The notes under the pieces were generated by a model. That model saw only the letters and a list, made by a program, of their open reading frames with translations, did no database searches and was not told where the DNA came from. The position numbers and the translations under genes are program-made. Shown in pieces: positions 33,350 through 43,928 of a DNA stretch of 64,000 nucleotides. Position 1 is the stretch's first letter, and each line of letters starts with the position of its first letter. Origin of the DNA: Diplonema japonicum (taxonomy: Eukaryota > Protista > Euglenozoa: Diplonemea); NCBI GenBank assembly GCA_964019335.1, contig OZ025654.1:807494-871493 (forward strand), in the 5' to 3' direction.

Positions 33350-34853
33350 ACCGGTTCTGTCACAAAAGATTAAAATAGCGTTTTAGGGCATCCAACTCGT
33401 CGAAAATGGGTTTTTGGGCGACTTTGGTGGTTAAGGTAGTTTTTTGCGCCTTTCCCCCGATTTCTTTTTCCGTGTTTGATATTAAGTCCAAAGACCGGTA
33501 ATGTTAAAGCAACTGCATTCGGCAGCCCTCAACCGGTTTGTACAAATAGCAACGCTGGTTCGCGATGATTTTATTTCCTTGTGCAGTTTTGTGCAAAGAA
33601 ATCTTAGCAGCTTTTCTATTACTTTTTGCGAAAATAACAAAGACAAAGAGAGACATGAGTCACAGTGAATCTTTTTTTCCCCCTCTTCTTCTTTTTTTTT
33701 CTGTTCGAAACTAGTTTGGTTGAGAAAGAAAAAGAAGAAAAAAAAGGAATAATAAAAAAAAAAGAGTGGCACCTAGAACTTTCTCTATCCTTTCCTTTCC
33801 TTTCCTTTCCTTTCCTTTTATTTCTTTGCTGCGGTGGGCCGTTGCTAACCTTCGGATTTTTGTTTTTCTATGGGAAAGAACGAAAAAAGAAGAAGAAAAA
33901 AAAAAAGCAAAAAAAAAAAGTATTATTATCCCCTAAACGCCCGAGCGGGCGTTTTTGTCCTTATTTCACTTTTTTTTTGAACACGGCCCCTGGACTTCAA
34001 AATATGGCATTGTTGCGCGTTTTATTTTGTCTTGGAACTATGTTTTGCGTTAAAAGTTTTGTTTTAATTGAAACCAGCAGGGTGGGCTTAAAATGAAATC
34101 AGATAATCAATGAAGGGGAAAAAGAAGAATAAAAGAAAAGTTAAAACCCAGCTTCCTTCCTTTTTTGCCCATTAGCCATGGAGGCACCACGAACGTGCAA
34201 CGTAAGAAGAAGCAAATGGGAGTGAACCCACAACGTTAGGTTTCTTCTGTTGAATAACAGAAAGGACATATATTGTGTTCACAAGTATGATTCGTCTCTA
34301 GAAGGCTAGGAAGACTATGTCATTCTTTTTTTCTTTTTTAAAAAAAAGAAGATTCTCCAATATGTGAAATTGTGTGCAAATCGAGTTTGTACAATAAAAA
34401 AGAAAAAAAGAAAGAAAAAAGAAAAAAAGAAAACTTTCATGAGTTTGTGCGCACGAGCGGTATTTTTATCCAATAAGTTAACTCATTACACCTGCCATCA
34501 ACTGTTTTTTTTCTCTTCTTTTGGGGGGCGTAGCCGAGAGGCACAATGCGCAGTACCGACAGCGCAGAAGGGAAAAACAACCGCAAGAACGGAAAAAGAA
34601 ATGTTCCTCGTATGCCAGACGATGTATGATGACAACCAAAAAAATAACTATTTATTGCCAACAAATAATGAGTCATAATTTAACTCGAGTTCCCGAATTT
34701 TTTGCACTCGGGCCCTCGTGCAAAAAAACGGTAACGAGAGTTAAATTATGGCTCATTTGGCGGCAAGTAAGTCGTTTTATTTCACTCTTCGTCATTTGAG
34801 TCACTCACTCTCACTCACTCTCACTGCTTTCACCGCTGCTTTCCTCACACGGG

Positions 34854-35957
34854 TCAGCTTTTTTTTGGGGGGGGGGGGGGGGGGGCAGGCATTTGGTTAT
34901 TGTTGATATTGATTGTGACGTAGTCGCTAATATTTGAGAAATAGATAGTTTGACCCGGTTGGACACTGTTGGGGGCGGGCTGTGGCAGTCCAGGCTGTTG
35001 TGTGTTGGGAACCAAGGCAGGATTTCCAGGCTGCTGTTGTGAGGGCAGGCAAGGAATGTTCAGCTGCTGCGACACAGTCCTAATCAGCTTTTTGCTTTTA
35101 TCGATGTAGCCCTGGGCTACTGAAACCGAGTTCCAGCTAAAAAATTTCATCAGCGTGGCTATGTCGGCGCCCCCTTCACAAGCAGCTGTAGCGGCACTCC
35201 TCCTCATCGAATGCGAAGTGTACTTCGACGGGCAGCTCTTGCCTAGCAGGCTGGCCACTATTTTGGTGACGTTCCTCACGGTGTTGATCCCTAACCTGGA
35301 CGCAACAAACCCCTTCGACCCGTTCTGTGTATGGGCTGCCCTCCGAAGGAACAGTTTCTTGTCGTCAACAGAGGAAAAATAGATGTTGAAAACATCGGCT
35401 GCGAGTCCCTTCGGCACTAAAAAGGTCGAAAGCTCCGGAGGTCCACGCTGTTTCTTGCGCTGGAAGCAGAACCAGAAGCCGTAGTCGTCTTGCGACACCT
35501 TAGAGTACTCTAGCTCGTACAGCTCTTCCCCCCTCAACCCCCCGTAATAACCACAAACAAACATTGCTCTGTTCACGGTAAAAACGTTGGCCTTCATATG
35601 CTCAGGGCATTCGAGGGTGAGCAACGTAGAGAGGTCCTCCATGTTGAATACCTCAGCTTTTTTGACAACCCGGGTCGTGGAGGATTCCGACCTCTTCAAA
35701 AAGAGTTTGAGCTCTTTCCACTCCTTTTCATCAGCCCCATAAATTGCAACGAAGACAGCCCGGATTTGGCTATACAGCGTCCACGCGGTGCCACAGCTGT
35801 ACCCATCAGCAAGTTTCTGCTTAAGATAGGAGATGACATCAGCTTCTTTCGGCTTCGTATGCTTGGACCAGAAGTTTTCCCATGCTGTTTTGTAAATCTC
35901 AGCTGACTTCCTGGGGAGTTTTTCTTCCCAGTTCGAACACTTTTTATCCTTCGGCAT
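34854..35957 (-). CDS. Tyrosine recombinase (Crypton-like), 367 aa from the first ATG
   Basis: Intact ORF with catalytic R (GLRGEE), HxxR (HSMRR), W (FSWNS) and Y (QGYID). N-terminal LPRKSAEIYKTAWENF helix and KKAEVF linker; Q/P/N-rich tail. Confidence 0.92.
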   Translation of the reverse strand: MPKDKKCSNWEEKLPRKSAEIYKTAWENFWSKHTKPKEADVISYLKQKLADGYSCGTAWTLYSQIRAVFVAIYGADEKEWKELKLFLKRSESSTTRVVKKAEVFNMEDLSTLLTLECPEHMKANVFTVNRAMFVCGYYGGLRGEELYELEYSKVSQDDYGFWFCFQRKKQRGPPELSTFLVPKGLAADVFNIYFSSVDDKKLFLRRAAHTQNGSKGFVASRLGINTVRNVTKIVASLLGKSCPSKYTSHSMRRSAATAACEGGADIATLMKFFSWNSVSVAQGYIDKSKKLIRTVSQQLNIPCLPSQQQPGNPALVPNTQQPGLPQPAPNSVQPGQTIYFSNISDYVTININNNQMPAPPPPPPKKS

Positions 35958-36198
35958 GATTGCGATGCGATTTGTAGTGCTGTTAGGTGGTTTTTTTGCT
36001 GAAATTTCCCTAAGGTGATATGGGGGTGGCAATTTCGCTATGGCATTTAAAGGGGAAGTAAAGCGCTTATTCCCACTTTTAAGGGCTGGAATGGCCTCAG
36101 ATGGCCAAAAATAGTCAAAATACCCCCACCCCAAAAAATTTTTTCAAGGGGGTGGGTACATTTTTTTCACGACGAGACCCATTTTTTCACTCTGAATG

Positions 36199-36287
36199 GC
36201 CATTATTTAACTAGTTAAATAATGGCGATTTCGCGTTAAATAATGGCGATTTCGCGTTAAATAATGGCGATTTCGCGTTAAATAATG
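36199..36287. repeat. 28-bp perfect palindrome plus 3 tandem 21-bp repeats upstream of the recombinase
   Basis: GCCATTATTTAACTAGTTAAATAATGGC (36199-36226); GTTAAATAATGGCGATTTCGC x3 (36214-36276) plus a partial fourth copy. Confidence 0.95.
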
Positions 36288-36324
36288 AGGCCCCTAGTGA
36301 GTGAAGAAAATGACGAAGAGTGAA

Positions 36325-36373
<49 letters not shown>

Positions 36374-36431
36374 TTTTTCCCTCTTTTTTTTCTTTAGTGG
36401 CTGGAACCTTTTTTTTCCCTCTTTTTTTTCT

Positions 36432-37325
36432 TTGGTGGCTGGAACCTACACAGCATACCTGGAGCATATCTACTGGAAGTGCAAAGAGTATGAATCTGTA
36501 CGGAAAGAAGCGATGTACACCACGGTAATGAATTTTCCGAAGGAAGATATGCCTCAATGTCTAAGACTTCATGGAATCATACCGAAAAACTGCAAAGTAC
36601 CACAGCCGGAAATTGTGCAGAAACTGCTAGTCAACATGATAACTCTTGCGGACGCAACCAAGATGATAGCAGAAAAGAATGAGAAAAGGGTACATGTATG
36701 GAGACGCCCTGCGCTATGGAGCAAGTACACAGTACCTGAAATGAGGTGGTTCCGAAAGCACTTGAAGATGAACTTCATAGGAGCACAGATTGTGCCGGAA
36801 GTAGTTAAGTGGCTTTCGAAATTAGAATGGAATAAGCAGGGGTCGGTGACTAGACTAGAGCTAGTGATAGATTTCGAGCTGACGAGTGGGGTGTACGTTT
36901 TGGGCAGGCAAGACGACATCATCAAGAGGGCCAACCGATTGGCAAAAATAATTGAAAGACTGATGGGCGCAGCCGAGGCACACGCACCAAAGCCGTTCAT
37001 GCCCAAGGAAATAACTGAATCCGTGGCATTACGATCGATAGGTGCACCCAAGCGACTGAAGGGGTACACCGGAAGGCCGAAATTCGCATCCAGCAGAACG
37101 TGCGAAATTCTGGAAAGACAATGCGCAGTACCGACTGCACAGAGAAAAGAGTGGTCCGACCCCTTCGTGCCCGACTACAGAGCACAACAACCTACCAGAA
37201 CGCAGTCCACCCTTCCCGCAGCCATGCATCCTTCAGCACAGAAGGGTAGCAACATCCGCTAGCGCGGTTAAGGAGTTGCTCGTACGCCAGGCGGTTTATG
37301 AAGCAACCAAAGTCATTCTTCTTCT
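36432..37325 (+). mobile_element. 5'-truncated non-LTR retrotransposon (family L1 here)
   Basis: The ORF has a zf-RVT-like HIYWKC, MPQCLRLHG and the C-terminal ELVIDFE/LRSIG domain. Its 3' tail recurs at ~41005-41050 and ~34540-34640. Confidence 0.72.
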
Positions 37326-37425
37326 TTATATTTTCTCCTTCTTCTTTTTTTTTTTTTTTTTTTTTTTGGGCGATAGCGTCCCTTTCCAGAAAAGCAAACA
37401 AAAGAAGGAGGGGGAAATAAAAAAA

Positions 37426-40014
37426 ATGTTTCTAACAACCAAGCAGCTCATCGTCACCGTCCTGGGACTGGGGATGACGTGCTGGACGGTAACAGACTTC
37501 ATTGAAGGGTTCTACATCGGCGCAGGCATCGAAACAGGCTTCTTACTATGGTGCTGCGTTGTGTTTGTCTCGCAACAATGGGACCCCGGGAAGAAGTGGC
37601 CGTGGTGGGACATAGGCACAATGATTTTCATCATCGGAATTAACGCGGTGCACTACGACGGTCATCACGCACTATGGGCAACAAACGCTTTCTTGTACCT
37701 TCTCACGCCCATCGGGTTTACATGGTGTCCTACCACACTGCTAGTCATCCATATGGTGGGGTCATCGGTTGTCCAGTATCTAGTCTTGCACTCTAGAGTC
37801 TCCCATGTAGTGCACGATGTTTCAGCGAAGATCATCACAATCGGCCTCACGTTGACCGTCAGAATGTGGGTCCTCAAGAGCGTGACCAGCACCGCAGAGT
37901 GTAAGGACCTCTGCGACACTTATGTTAAGTTCCTCAAGGGCGAGATGCTTCAGAGTGACCTCGAAGAGATCCTCGAAACCTCTCAACAATGGGCGTCAAG
38001 ATACATTATGGAAATCATGCTTTACTCAGGCACTGGTTACGAAGAGACAGTCTCTTACGGGATGATGAACCCTTTGAACCGAAGTCGGAGGAAGTCAACG
38101 TTTAACCCCGATAGGAATACAGCGTTCTTCTCTCCGATCTACGATACGCAGTCCCCCCCCCCGAAGCGAAGCCTCGAAGTAACCATGCAAAGCTCGTCTT
38201 ACTTTTCGTCCTTTTCCGACATGTCCGAATCTGATGCGTCTATGCACCGCAGGGACAGCTTCACAAACCGAACTGTCTCGTTGCTCCTGTTTGAAACCAC
38301 GTCCCCTGACGCCGTTCGCTATTTAAACGAGATAGCCTCCTGTTTAAAAGAGTGGAACGCCACGATTATCGACATCAAAGCGGACTCACTCCTCGGCGGG
38401 TGGAACTGTTGGAAAGCCGAGGCGAAGCATGCCGCGATGGCTGTTAACTGTCTGTTGGAGTTCTCCGCCGAAAAGCTGCAAATGAAGGATTCATGGTGGT
38501 CAACAAGCATCGTAGCAGGGAAGATCTCTGTAAGACACATACAGAAGTTACCCGTGTTAATCGGCCAGCCGATGAACGAGCTTAAACTTCTCCCCGGGCT
38601 TGCAAAAGAGCTGAAAATTCACATTCTCGTCACGGACGAAGCGAGAAACCTGTCTCCGAACCACGTGATGCGGTTGGTCGAGATTATCCCGCAGGATACC
38701 AACGCACCGTGTGGGTCCTCAACCATGAGGCTCTTCACGGTGGCGAACAAAGGTGACACGGAGGCGTTCGTCACAACTTACAACGACGGGTTCAGTTTCT
38801 TCTCGACAGGGAGGTTTTCCGAAGCTTGCTCGCGGTTCCAAGTGTGCTTGAAGCAGAAACCATCGGACTACTTATCGAAGAGAGGGATGTTCTTTGCAAG
38901 TACGTCGGAGGCGCGACAGAAATCAGGGGCGGCACCTCCATGGCCAACACCGTATCTTCGAAAATGTGTCGGCTGGCAGAATTTTGAAGCCGACATGCCC
39001 GACGGGGACGAGGTAAGCTTCGAGTACGAAAAACAGCGCGTGCTGCTCGGAACGAGAAAAAACACCGCTCCGCAGAGTTTCTCCGGGATACGCAAGACAA
39101 TCGAAGGGTTATACGATGGTGACAACAACGATCCCGACGATGAAGAAGAGATACCTTTCGAGCTTACAGACGATAATGGCACCAACACCTGGCGGTCGGA
39201 CAAACTTCTCGGAGAAGGTGCGTTCGGCGGGGTTTGGATGGGCATGTCCGCAGATGGTTCACTCGCTGCAATCAAAGCCGTCAAGCTCCCGAATAAAAAA
39301 CCAAGAGCGCGCTTGAAACAACAGAAGGAGCCATCAAACTATATAGACGACCTTCTAAAAGAAGTCGTTCTTCTTTCATCTCTGAAGCACGACTACATCG
39401 TGAGCTACAAGGGCAGCATGGTTGTTCCGGGCTATTTTATGATCTGCATGGAATGCGTCACAGGCGGTTCGCTGGCTAAAATCCAATCAGTATTCGGGGC
39501 CATTCCCATCACTGCCTTGAAAAGGTATTCTCGCTGTATTCTGTCAGGACTGGCGTATTTGCATAAAAACTCTGTGACCCACAGGGACTTGAAACCCGCC
39601 AACATCCTCCTCACAGGTGACGGGGATTGCAAGCTCGCTGATTTTGGAGCTGCGGTTCACTCAACCAAGAAGTATCGTAGTACCCGAAGCAATCAGATTA
39701 TGGGGACGCAGGGGACACCGCTTTACATGTCGCCTGAGGCATGCCGAGGGGCCTTCTGTGCAAAATCGGATATTTGGGCGTTTGGGTTAACCGTGCTTCA
39801 GATGCTTACCGGAAAGCTTCCCTACACCGAGGAACAGCGGGATCTCCGGTGCTTACTGTTCACCAGGCGGCTGGCGGAGGACGATTCGTTCCGCACCGTG
39901 CTGCCGCCCTTTTCATGCGACCGGTTGGCCGACTTCCTTAAGCCCACCCTTCAAGGGGACCCTGCTGCGCGGCCCACCGCTCAGAAGCTGCTCATGCACT
40001 CGTTTTTACTTTGA
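37426..40014 (+). CDS. Multi-pass membrane protein with a degenerate cyclase-like domain and a C-terminal STE/MAP3K-like Ser/Thr kinase (862 aa)
   Basis: About 5-6 hydrophobic segments. A cyclase-like fold (ADSLLGGWN...KHAAMAVNC...VLIGQPM...ILVTD) lacks the catalytic motifs. Kinase motifs GEGAFG, AIK, HRDLKPAN, DFG, SPE and SDIWAFG are present. Confidence 0.9.
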   Translation: MFLTTKQLIVTVLGLGMTCWTVTDFIEGFYIGAGIETGFLLWCCVVFVSQQWDPGKKWPWWDIGTMIFIIGINAVHYDGHHALWATNAFLYLLTPIGFTWCPTTLLVIHMVGSSVVQYLVLHSRVSHVVHDVSAKIITIGLTLTVRMWVLKSVTSTAECKDLCDTYVKFLKGEMLQSDLEEILETSQQWASRYIMEIMLYSGTGYEETVSYGMMNPLNRSRRKSTFNPDRNTAFFSPIYDTQSPPPKRSLEVTMQSSSYFSSFSDMSESDASMHRRDSFTNRTVSLLLFETTSPDAVRYLNEIASCLKEWNATIIDIKADSLLGGWNCWKAEAKHAAMAVNCLLEFSAEKLQMKDSWWSTSIVAGKISVRHIQKLPVLIGQPMNELKLLPGLAKELKIHILVTDEARNLSPNHVMRLVEIIPQDTNAPCGSSTMRLFTVANKGDTEAFVTTYNDGFSFFSTGRFSEACSRFQVCLKQKPSDYLSKRGMFFASTSEARQKSGAAPPWPTPYLRKCVGWQNFEADMPDGDEVSFEYEKQRVLLGTRKNTAPQSFSGIRKTIEGLYDGDNNDPDDEEEIPFELTDDNGTNTWRSDKLLGEGAFGGVWMGMSADGSLAAIKAVKLPNKKPRARLKQQKEPSNYIDDLLKEVVLLSSLKHDYIVSYKGSMVVPGYFMICMECVTGGSLAKIQSVFGAIPITALKRYSRCILSGLAYLHKNSVTHRDLKPANILLTGDGDCKLADFGAAVHSTKKYRSTRSNQIMGTQGTPLYMSPEACRGAFCAKSDIWAFGLTVLQMLTGKLPYTEEQRDLRCLLFTRRLAEDDSFRTVLPPFSCDRLADFLKPTLQGDPAARPTAQKLLMHSFLL

Positions 40015-40804
40015 GAGGAAAAAGAAAATAGCTGTAGTGATGCGAATCGGGATTTTTGCAATATGATCCTTTGGTTTGGAGGAAGGTTGTCTGGGGTTCG
40101 AGGACGGGAGGCTCCTGAGTGCCGCCAGGCCAACAGAAGTACATAGTTTCACAGCTGCCTAGGGCTATGTAGGCAAGAAACGATTCTTCCGTTTCCATTA
40201 CCGGTTCTGAGAGAGGCCACCGCGACTCCTCCCATGGGGGAGCATTTTTACCGATCAAATTATAGCCCGGGTTATCAAATTATGAGAGGGGGTAATCAGG
40301 GGTTAGTAAAGAAATTTCTGAACAATCAGAAAAGAGGAACTGGCCGTTGTTTATACCTGCCTGCCAGATAAAAAAAGCTTACTGGTTAGGACAGATCACA
40401 TTAAATCAACCCAATGCGCATTTTTCTTATTCTTGTTGTTTCTTTTTCTCTTTAGATTTTTGCTTCCGCAAAAAGAAAAAAGAAGAAATTACTGCCCTAC
40501 CCATGTAGTGTTTCGTATATGCAGTATCCATTACTGCAATTTTGTCTAGTTTTTCTCAGAAAATGACTTCAAGAGAAAGCAGCTTGGAAGTAATCTAGGC
40601 AAATTCCTTTTCCCCCCTCCCCTTTTCCTCCCCCCTTATTTTCTGTGCCGAGTTAGAATCAAAAAGCGCAAAAAAAAACTAATGTTATTTTTTTTACTCA
40701 CAAGTTACAGCGCATATTGGTCTCCAACTCTCTTTTGTCATTTCAGGGAATTCTGTGTCAGGGTGACGGTGCTCGGCGGAGAGACAGGAATTTCTTCTTC
40801 TTAA

Positions 40805-41050
40805 GGTGGTGGGGATAACATGGAGATATAAGAAGTACATCAGATGTGTTGTTCGTGGGAGAACGTATGACAGATGCTCAGGGTGACCCGGGGCGTCCTG
40901 GCTAGGGTTGAGTTGCGCACCGCACGCATTAAGGACACAACGCGGAACGCAAAAGAAGTTACCGCTTGGCCGCGGTACGCCCCCTGTAATCAAGTAGACT
41001 GGCTTGCTTGTACGCCAGGCGGTTAATAAGCAACCAAAAGTCATTCTTCT
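40805..41050 (+). repeat. Family A repeat fused to the 3' tail of LINE family L1
   Basis: The family A body runs to ~41000, followed by GTACGCCAGGCGGTT...GCAACCAAAAGTCATTCTTCTT as at 37282-37325. Confidence 0.7.
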
Positions 41051-41162
41051 TATTCTTGGCGTCCTGCCACATACCGCAGGTACCCTTAAATGTCTCTTTT
41101 TTCTTTTTCTTTTTTTATTTAATTCTGAGCAGCTCTCTTAAAGAATTTAGGCCGGAAGATAT

Positions 41163-41581
41163 AAATCAGGTTTCACTTTATTTCACGGGCGTGAAAATAA
41201 AGTATCTGATTTTTTCCTCATGTTTTTAAGCCAAACGTTGCTGGGCGTGAAAATCAGGTACTTTATTTCACGCCCACAGTCATTTCTAGCAAAATAGGAA
41301 GAAAACCGAAGGCGACCGGGAAGCGAGCCAAGGGCATCAGCCTAAACTGTGATGGAAGACAGGCTTCCAACGGCAAGCGAAATGGCCTACAGGAAGGAGT
41401 GGGAGAGGTTTTGCACCTACCACTCGATCAAACCCAATAGAAAAGCACGGCCAACTGTTGAACAAACACAGCAGTCCCCTGCAACGCCCCCTTCAGCTCT
41501 GCCCCTTCGACACAGCCCACTTCTTCAACAGTGCACAGAATCACGTTTGACATAAACGTCAACATCAATTCGCTGAATTGA
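41163..41581 (+). mobile_element. Internally deleted tyrosine-recombinase element (family 3)
   Basis: Palindromic GTGAAAATAA/TTATTTCAC motifs at 41163-41275. MEDRLPTASEMAYRKEWERF resembles the YR N-terminus and is joined to ITFDINVNINSLN*, which resembles the YR tail. Confidence 0.6.
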
Positions 41582-41704
41582 TCATACCAAACCCAGTACC
41601 GTGTTCAGTAAAGAGTCGCATTGTGCCGCTACAAGCAGGCAGCAGCGAAGCCACACTCGGCACCCAAATTCTTTGCGAGAGCAGCTCATCATTAAATAAA
41701 GCTG

Positions 41705-42390
41705 GCGGTGGTGGGGGAGCGGGACGCAGCCCTACAAGCGAAGAGGCAGGAGGTGTACCACACACACCAGTGGCTGGAGATCACACAAGGTCAAGAACAC
41801 CCAGTACCGTCGGACAAGGACTTCGGCAAGCTACCGGCAGGGGATGTCCAACGTGAGTACACGAAGGAGGTGCTGAGGTGGATGCGGCAACTGCGCTGGT
41901 ATGCAGGCAGCAGAAACACGTCAGTGTCGACGGTGGAGCTGGCACTGGATTTCGAGAACGTGACCGGGAAGACCCTTGGAGGGAAGCTGGGGGATCTCGC
42001 AGAAGTACAGCAGAAAGCGAGGAGATTGCATGGACTGATGAAGAAGATCTGGCACACATGGGAGCTAGGGAGGGTACTGAAGAAGGTGAAAGGAAGGAGG
42101 GCTTTCCCAGCTGAGCCGAGCACAAGGGTGCACACACTACGATCCATCGGGAGGACAAAGGCGGTGATCGGATGGAACAGGAGGGCGATATTTGCATCAC
42201 CGAAGACCAAGCAAGACCTAGAGGCGTTGAAAGGACAATGGGCGAGAGAACGAAGAGAAAGAGCGGCCAGGCTGGGGAGAAGGCCGGCAAGACCACCAAA
42301 GGAGGAGAAACCGCTGCTGAAAGGGGATAGGTGCAGGTAGAAGATGAGAACAAGGGGGCGTCTCACAAAGACTTCCTTTAACTCATATAA
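41705..42390 (+). mobile_element. 5'-truncated non-LTR retrotransposon (family L2)
   Basis: ORF 41708-42340 is homologous to 60947-61420 (WxxQLxWY, ELALDFEN, KARRLHGL, PLLKGDR). Tail ends CTTCCTTTAACTCATA. Confidence 0.75.
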
Positions 42391-42496
42391 TAAAATGCAG
42401 TATTGAATAAAATCAGAGCATGATTTCACTTGTGGGGTCCCCTTTTTGACGAGTGATTTTACTTCACGAGCGAAGCGAGTGTTCATTTAATAAATA

Positions 42497-43277
42497 CTGT
42501 AAAACAAAAATCCACCGGAAGATAAAATATCCGGACCGCCGAAACATCCGGTGATTTTTTCTTCCGGACATTTTTTGGGGCACTTTTCAAGGGGGTACCT
42601 AGCCTGCCCTACGCACTGTCCCCCCCCCCCCCCCCCCCTGTCTGCTGCATGTTTCCCTGGAAAAACTTATGTTTCTGTTGCAGGAGTCTTAAAAATGTCA
42701 AAAATATGACTAAAAAAAAAAGGGGTGAAGAACGTCCTACCTGTCCGTCTGTTTGCTGCCTTCGCAGCCTTGGTAGCGTGCCTGGCCTCGGTCAGCAAGT
42801 CTTTGCTGGGTCAAGGGGGGACCATTTCTACCGAAGAAAAAAAAGGAAGAAGAAACGGAAAACGAAGCTTCGTCCACTCAAGAAGCGGCGGAAACCGTAC
42901 TTGTGTTTCTTCCTCGTTCAGAAGAGGCTTGCGACCCGCAGTAACGGGTGCGACGGGGATAGACCTTGGAGCATACCAAAGCGGTGTTCCCAGTCTGATA
43001 TACTGGACGTTGGCACCGTGTTTGCGGGAGAAGCGAACAATCAGGATCTGAGGTGTCTTTTAGTTCTTAGAAAAGTTCGCTGCAATTCTCTCTGATTTTC
43101 GTTTGATTTTTCTCTTGCTACAGAAACTAGTTTCATCCGTTTTCTGGTCCAGCCCTTTAAAAAAAGAAAAGGGGTCCCGGGAAAAAAATGTCCGGAAGAA
43201 AAAATATCCGGACCGCCAGAACTTCCGGATATTTTATCTTCCGGACATTTTATCTTCCGGTGATTTTTGTTTTACAG
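42497..43277. mobile_element. MITE with TA TSD (Tc1/mariner-like)
   Basis: TA|CTGTAAAACAAAAATCCACCGGAAGATAAAAT...ATTTTATCTTCCGGTGATTTTTGTTTTACAG|TA. Solo ends also occur at ~14882 and ~15042. Confidence 0.8.
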
Positions 43278-43928
43278 TAGCTATTTTTTTTTTTTTTCCC
43301 TCGGGGGACCAATGTTTCCAACCTCCCTGTGGTGGTTCCTGGTAATTGTGGTTTGGAGAAACACAAGCGAAAGGGAAACTCTCGTTCTAAAGCCGTACAC
43401 GTGGGGAAACCTGGACGGGGGTTGAGAGCCCACCCTACGCGTGGCGCCAGTTAGCATCGCCCTCAACGGAGAGTCCCTTATCCCATTACATCGAACAAGG
43501 AGGTGGCTTCACCAGGTCAGGCAAGTAGCCTCCCCGCGGCATCGTGCCAGTGAAGCAAGCCTCCTACAACTCTCCAGTTGGTGTTTAATTGCTTCTGTGG
43601 CCCCTCTCCCTATTTCAATTTCCAAGCTTTCTTTACCTCTCCACTTTTACTTTCTACGGGACCACAGGGGACTTGGAGGCTTCGGGGCGAAGTTTCACAA
43701 GGGTGGCCGCTGTGTCACATACTGCATGGCACCACTAAAATCGAGACAACTTTTCTTCTTGTTCTTTCCCCTCCGCTCTTTTTCTTTTGTGGACGTGCAC
43801 AATCAACCGACTCTTTTTTTTTTAATCCCCGTTTTTACTCTTATTTCTTTCCTCTCCCCCCTTTCCTCCCCTCCCCTCACTTTTACGTGCATCCGATCTG
43901 CTACATAAGTATACACAAGCAGGATAAC

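Larger units (their letters stand above)
34649..36330 (-). mobile_element. Crypton-like tyrosine-recombinase DNA element, apparently full length
   Basis: Single YR gene and no RT. Terminal hairpin at 34652-34770; 23-bp inverted repeats at 34775-34797 and 36308-36330. Both ends recur elsewhere (33226, ~56820-57085). Confidence 0.85.

Noticed and set aside
36214-36287. 21-bp repeats as a CRISPR array
   Set aside because: They are head-to-tail identical units with no unique spacers, no cas genes, and a eukaryotic context.
34649-36330. A true bacterial integron or bacterial contamination
   Set aside because: There are no gene cassettes and no recognisable IntI-specific insertion. The YR looks Crypton-like, and its ends are dispersed among eukaryotic repeats.
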